DNA from: an uncultured SAR86 cluster bacterium
Lineage (GTDB): Bacteria > Pseudomonadota > Gammaproteobacteria > Magnimaribacterales > D2472
Length of the DNA stretch: 64,000 nucleotides
Assembly (NCBI GenBank): GCA_902520495.1
Contig: CABYNW010000003.1
Coordinates: 7,645-71,644, forward strand
Reading direction: 5' to 3'
Position 1 is the first letter of the stretch. The number at the start of each line of letters is the position of its first letter. Shown here one piece after another: positions 59,499 through 64,000 of the stretch. The position numbers and the translations under genes are program-made. Under the pieces are notes generated by a model that saw nothing but the letters and a program-made list of their open reading frames with translations, did not search any database and was not told where the DNA came from.

Positions 59499-60359
59499 AT
59501 GATTAAAAAAGCAGTACTTCCTGTTGCAGGGTTTGGTACGAGATTCCTACCTGCTTCAAAATCAATTCCAAAAGAAATGCTTCCTATTATAGACAAACCT
59601 CTTGTTCAATATGCTGTAGAGGAGGCAATCAATATTGGAGTCGATGAAATTATTTTTATTATTAGTCCAGAAAAATATTCTATAAGGAAGCACTTTGAAA
59701 AGAATGAAATATTTGAGTCTAGATTAAAAAATTCAGATAAGACTGAAATGATTAGTAAATTAAATCCTGAAATTTTTAGTGAGATAAAATTTCACTACAT
59801 TGATCAAGAAGAACAAAATGGTCTAGGTCATGCAATTCTTCAAGCGGAAAAAGTTATAGGAGATAACTCATTCGCAGTCTTGCTACCTGATGATTTATTT
59901 TTTTCTGAAGAATCTTGTTTAGATCAATTATTGAATTCTTATAAAAAAACTAACTCATCTGTAATCGCCGTAAATAAAGTTAACAAAGAAGATATTCATA
60001 AATATGGAGTCATAAAACCTGGAGATATAAAAAATAATTTGATACAAATTGAAGATATAGTTGAAAAACCATCTTATGAAAATGCTCCTTCAGATATAGC
60101 AGTTTGTGGAAGATATATTTTTAAACCATCCATTTTCAAATTTCTACATTTAACTAATTTTGATAATTCAGGAGAAATTCAACTTACTGATGCCATTAAA
60201 GTACTTTTAAAAGAAGAGAAGGTGCATGCAAGAATTTATGAGGGAGAAAAATATGATTGTGGTAGTAAAAAGGGATTTGTTCATGCTACCATTGCTCTCG
60301 CTTTAAGAGATGAATCCATTAGCAAGGATATAAAAGAAATTATAAAGGAAATTATTTGA
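59499..60359 (+). CDS. galU: UTP--glucose-1-phosphate uridylyltransferase
   Basis: KAVLPVAGFGTRFLPASKSIPKEMLP, GLGHA, LPDD, VEKP, GEIQLTDA, YDCG. Confidence 0.94.
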   Translation: MIKKAVLPVAGFGTRFLPASKSIPKEMLPIIDKPLVQYAVEEAINIGVDEIIFIISPEKYSIRKHFEKNEIFESRLKNSDKTEMISKLNPEIFSEIKFHYIDQEEQNGLGHAILQAEKVIGDNSFAVLLPDDLFFSEESCLDQLLNSYKKTNSSVIAVNKVNKEDIHKYGVIKPGDIKNNLIQIEDIVEKPSYENAPSDIAVCGRYIFKPSIFKFLHLTNFDNSGEIQLTDAIKVLLKEEKVHARIYEGEKYDCGSKKGFVHATIALALRDESISKDIKEIIKEII

Positions 60360-61345
60360 ATTTTTTTCTTAAACTTTTTAAGTTATTATCGCCTGAATTA
60401 GCTCATTCTTTTTCCTTAAACTCATTAAAACTTCTTCATAAACTTAATATCCTAAGACTTTTTTTTAAAAAAAATTATAAAGATGAAAATGTAATATTTT
60501 TAGGGATGCATTTCAAAAATAGACTAGGAACAGCTGCAGGCCTTGATAAAAATGGAGATTACATTGATGCTCTTGGAGATCTTGGGTTTGGATTCCTAGA
60601 GGTTGGAACAGTAACTCCACTTGCACAGTCAGGCAATCCAAAACCAAGAGTTTTTCGAAATTATAGAGAAAATTCTATTATTAATAGACTTGGGTTTAAT
60701 AATAAAGGCGTTGATTATTTAGTAAGTAATTTAAAAAAGAAAACTTATAAAGGAGTATTGGGAGTTAATATTGGCGCTAATAAGGATTCTATTGGCAATC
60801 AAAGAATTAATGATTATTTAGTTTGCCTAGAAAAGGTAAATAAATACGCTGATTACATCACTATCAATATATCTTCTCCAAATACACCAAATTTAAGAGA
60901 CTTGCATGACAGTGAAAACTTATCTATTTTAATCAATGCTATTGATAAAAGCATTAAAGACTTAGATATAAGCAAACCTGTTTTCTTAAAGATTTCTCCA
61001 GATGAATCAGATGAAACTATCAGTAATATAATTACGCATGTTGAAAATTCTTCATTTTCTGGAATTATTGCTACCAATACAACTATTGATAAATCAATGC
61101 TTGTAAATGAAGAAATTAAACTAATTGATGGCGGTATTTCTGGAGAGCCATTAATGAATAAATCTACTGAAAAGCTTTCATACATAAGATCAAAGTCCAA
61201 AGATATAAAGTTGATCGGGGTTGGAGGCGTATTATCAAAAGAAGACTATGATAAAAAAATTAATGCTGGCGCAAGCTTAGTTCAGGTCTATACAGGATTC
61301 ATTATTCAAGGACCAAAGTTAATAAATAATATTTTAAATAATTAA
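60356..61345 (+). CDS. pyrD: Quinone-dependent dihydroorotate dehydrogenase (class 2)
   Basis: AAGLDKN, GNPKPR, INRLGFNN, NISSPNTP, KISPD, GGISG, QVYTG. Confidence 0.95.
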   Translation: MNFFLKLFKLLSPELAHSFSLNSLKLLHKLNILRLFFKKNYKDENVIFLGMHFKNRLGTAAGLDKNGDYIDALGDLGFGFLEVGTVTPLAQSGNPKPRVFRNYRENSIINRLGFNNKGVDYLVSNLKKKTYKGVLGVNIGANKDSIGNQRINDYLVCLEKVNKYADYITINISSPNTPNLRDLHDSENLSILINAIDKSIKDLDISKPVFLKISPDESDETISNIITHVENSSFSGIIATNTTIDKSMLVNEEIKLIDGGISGEPLMNKSTEKLSYIRSKSKDIKLIGVGGVLSKEDYDKKINAGASLVQVYTGFIIQGPKLINNILNN

Positions 61346-61346
61346 T

Positions 61347-61790
61347 ATGGAATATATTGTTTTTTTTACTGCAATATTGGTCTTAGTAGGTTCTATATCT
61401 CTTGCAATGCCATCCAAATCTTCTAGAAAAATTTCAAAAGTAAGATTGGAAGCAAAACTCTTAGGTTGCAAGATTTCTTCAACTTTATATGGAAACAACA
61501 AGTTTAAAAATCAAAGTTCTATTTCTGCAAGTTATCAAATAAAAAATGAGACAAATCTAAAAGATGCACATTTTATTAGAGACAAAGAACAATTAATCTT
61601 GTATTCTCCTGTCAAATTAAAGTATTCAGATAGCTTTGATAGTATAAAAAATAATCTAGAAGATGCTTCTGACAGTTTAATTGAGATTATTTTTACAAAA
61701 TCTTTGATATTGTTTTTATGGAATGAAAAAAATGGTATTGAGGATTTGAGAGTAATACTAAAGAATCTCAATAAAATAAATTATTTTTAA
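61347..61790 (+). CDS. Hypothetical protein with N-terminal TM segment
   Basis: 147-aa ORF starting 1 bp after the pyrD stop, hydrophobic N-terminus. Confidence 0.65.
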   Translation: MEYIVFFTAILVLVGSISLAMPSKSSRKISKVRLEAKLLGCKISSTLYGNNKFKNQSSISASYQIKNETNLKDAHFIRDKEQLILYSPVKLKYSDSFDSIKNNLEDASDSLIEIIFTKSLILFLWNEKNGIEDLRVILKNLNKINYF

Positions 61791-61849
61791 ATATATCTTG
61801 CATATTAGACCCGTTTAATGATATTCATAAAAAAGGAAGTACTTAAAAT

Positions 61850-64000
61850 ATGTCAAAATCATTAGTAATAGTTGAATCTCCAGCAAAAGCTAAAACCATT
61901 TCAAAATATCTTGGATCTGAATATATTGTTGAATCAAGTGTTGGTCATATAAGAGATCTTCCAAAGAAAGCATCATCAAATTCTAAGAGATCATCAATTC
62001 CTAAAGATATTTCTCCCGAAGAAAAGTTAAGACTTAAAACTATCAATGATAGAAATAGATTAATAAGAAGAATGGGCATAGATCCAGATAATGGCTGGGT
62101 TGCAGACTGGCAAATAATTCCCGAAAAAGAAAAAGTAATAAAGTCATTAAAAAAAGCAGCCAAGGGTGTGGATCACATATACCTTGCTACTGACCTTGAT
62201 CGTGAAGGTGAGGCAATAGCCTGGCATCTTAAAGAGGCACTTGGACCTGAAAAATATGAATATTCTAGAGTAAGGTTCAATCAAATAACAAAATCATCAA
62301 TAATTGAGTCATTTAATGATCCAAAAGAAATAGATATAGATTTGGTTAAAGCATATAGAGCTAGACGATTTTTGGATAAGGTAATAGGTTTTGAACTATC
62401 CCCACTATTATGGAAAAAAATTGCCAGAGGTCTTTCTGCTGGAAGAGTTCAATCCGTTGCCTTAAGAGTATTAGATGAAAGAGAAAGATTGATACAGGAA
62501 TTTATACCTGAAGAATTTTGGGAAGTATCTATGACCTTAAATAAAAATGAATTAAGCATTCCATTTTATTTAAATAGAAAAAAATCTGAACCTTTATTGA
62601 AAGAAGAAGAAGCCAAAAAGATAGAGGCGCTAATTAAGAGTTCGGTTCTCTCGATACACGAAATAATAAAAAAACCAGTTAAAACTAAACCAAAAGCTCC
62701 GTTCATAACATCTACACTTCAACAAGCTGCAAGTACTAGATTAAGTTTTAATGTAAAAAGAACCATGAGAGTTGCTCAGAAACTTTACGAGGCTGGTCAT
62801 ATAACCTATATGAGAACCGATGCTCCAAGTTTAAGTAAAGAATCAATTCAAGATGCTAGAAATTTTATAGGTGAGAGAATTGGTGAAAAGTATTTGACGA
62901 ATGCTCCAAGAATTTATTCAGGTTCTGAAAATGCTCAAGAGGCACATGAAGCTATAAGGCCAACAAATGCATATCTGACGGCAGATGATCTTATGAATCA
63001 AACTGAAGAAGAGAAAAGACTTTACAAATTAATCTGGCAGCAATACATAGCCAGTCAAATGCCAGATGCTGAATATTTATCAACATCAGTAAAAATAAAT
63101 GTTGGTGAGTACACTTTTTCTGCAAAGGGTAGAGAGGTTGTTTTTGATGGTTATACAAAGATTTATGAATCTATGAAGTCAGACAATGATGATATTTTAC
63201 CAGCCCTAGAAGAAGGAGAGGTCCTAAGTCTTAATGAATCAAAGCTTGATCAGAAATTTACAAAACCACCATCAAGATATTCTGAAGCTGCGCTCGTCAA
63301 AGAATTAGAAAAAAAAGGTATTGGCAGACCATCAACGTATGCAAATATTATTTCTACTATCCAGGATAGAGGATATGTTGAAATTCAGAACAGAAGATTT
63401 TTTGTTAAAAAAATTGGCCATATCGTTGCTGAAAGATTAATCGAAAGTTTTGACGATATTATGGATTATGAATTTACTGCTAATTTAGAAAATAATTTAG
63501 ATAAAGTAGCTACCGGAGATCTTAATTGGAAAAATGTTTTAGATGAATTTTATGAAGCCTTTCAAAAAGATTTAGTTTCAGCTTCTAATGATGATGCGGG
63601 AATGAGGCCTGGAAATATTCCTACAGAAACCAATATTAGTTGTACATGTGGAAAAAATAATATGGTAATACGAAATTCTTCGAATGGTGTTTTTTTAGGG
63701 TGTTCTGGATATCAAAATGCTGGCGATGAAAAATGTAAAAAAACCCTTAATTTAATTTCAGGTGATGAGGCGGTTAGTGTTGATGATACAGAAGAAGCTG
63801 AAAACTTATTAATTAAGAAAAGATGCCCAAAGTGCAGTACCAGCATGGATAACTATCTTATAGATGAAAATAGAAAGCTTCATGTTTGTGGAAAAAATCC
63901 TGATTGTGACGGACATCTGATTGAGGAAGGTCAATTTAAAATTAGAGGATATGATGGCCCGACATTAGAGTGTCATAAGTGTGGAGCTGATATGCAGCTC
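61850..64000 (+). CDS. topA: DNA topoisomerase I, partial (runs off window end; absent from the ORF track)
   Basis: Manual translation MSKSLVIVESPAKAKTI..GHIRDLP, ATDLDREGEAIAWH, SAGRVQS, ITYMRTD, AQEAHEAIRP, GIGRPSTY, Cys-rich Zn ribbons. Confidence 0.96.
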   Translation, partial: MSKSLVIVESPAKAKTISKYLGSEYIVESSVGHIRDLPKKASSNSKRSSIPKDISPEEKLRLKTINDRNRLIRRMGIDPDNGWVADWQIIPEKEKVIKSLKKAAKGVDHIYLATDLDREGEAIAWHLKEALGPEKYEYSRVRFNQITKSSIIESFNDPKEIDIDLVKAYRARRFLDKVIGFELSPLLWKKIARGLSAGRVQSVALRVLDERERLIQEFIPEEFWEVSMTLNKNELSIPFYLNRKKSEPLLKEEEAKKIEALIKSSVLSIHEIIKKPVKTKPKAPFITSTLQQAASTRLSFNVKRTMRVAQKLYEAGHITYMRTDAPSLSKESIQDARNFIGERIGEKYLTNAPRIYSGSENAQEAHEAIRPTNAYLTADDLMNQTEEEKRLYKLIWQQYIASQMPDAEYLSTSVKINVGEYTFSAKGREVVFDGYTKIYESMKSDNDDILPALEEGEVLSLNESKLDQKFTKPPSRYSEAALVKELEKKGIGRPSTYANIISTIQDRGYVEIQNRRFFVKKIGHIVAERLIESFDDIMDYEFTANLENNLDKVATGDLNWKNVLDEFYEAFQKDLVSASNDDAGMRPGNIPTETNISCTCGKNNMVIRNSSNGVFLGCSGYQNAGDEKCKKTLNLISGDEAVSVDDTEEAENLLIKKRCPKCSTSMDNYLIDENRKLHVCGKNPDCDGHLIEEGQFKIRGYDGPTLECHKCGADMQL

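Noticed and set aside
1-64000. CRISPR arrays, tRNA/rRNA, prophage, IS elements, anti-phage defence genes
   Set aside because: None recognised; nearly all sequence is covered by protein-coding genes and intergenic gaps are about 160 bp or less. Not confirmed with tRNAscan/Infernal

Overview
AT-rich (roughly 30-33% GC by eye, not computed), extremely gene-dense bacterial chromosomal segment. Gene content (photolyase, several TonB-dependent receptors, many fatty-acid beta-oxidation enzymes, gammaproteobacterial-type nadK/galU/pyrD/topA) suggests a streamlined marine gammaproteobacterium, plausibly SAR86-like (inference). It carries housekeeping genes (phrB, fhs, fumC, guaBA, apt, nagZ, tadA, xthA, prc, nadK, galU, pyrD, partial topA) and several accessory modules. 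(1) A purine-salvage locus in which a TonB-dependent receptor preceded by a sigma54-type -24/-12 motif sits between an AzgA/NCS2 permease and a phosphoribosyltransferase-guaB-guaA run. (2) An OafA-type acyltransferase directly after the guaA 3' end, with a 21-bp palindrome between them. (3) A methyltransferase / mini APS-kinase-like / mini HIGH-nucleotidyltransferase operon divergent from a DmdA/GcvT-family demethylase. (4) An Atu-like branched/isoprenoid acyl-CoA carboxylation operon with an 11+11-bp operator-like palindrome. (5) Next to it, an apparent TetR regulon (6-oxocamphor-hydrolase-like beta-diketone hydrolase, MFS, CoA ligase, TonB receptor, esterase) marked by a repeated TGAGA-N4-TCTCA motif. 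No rRNA, tRNA, CRISPR array, transposase or integrase was recognised.
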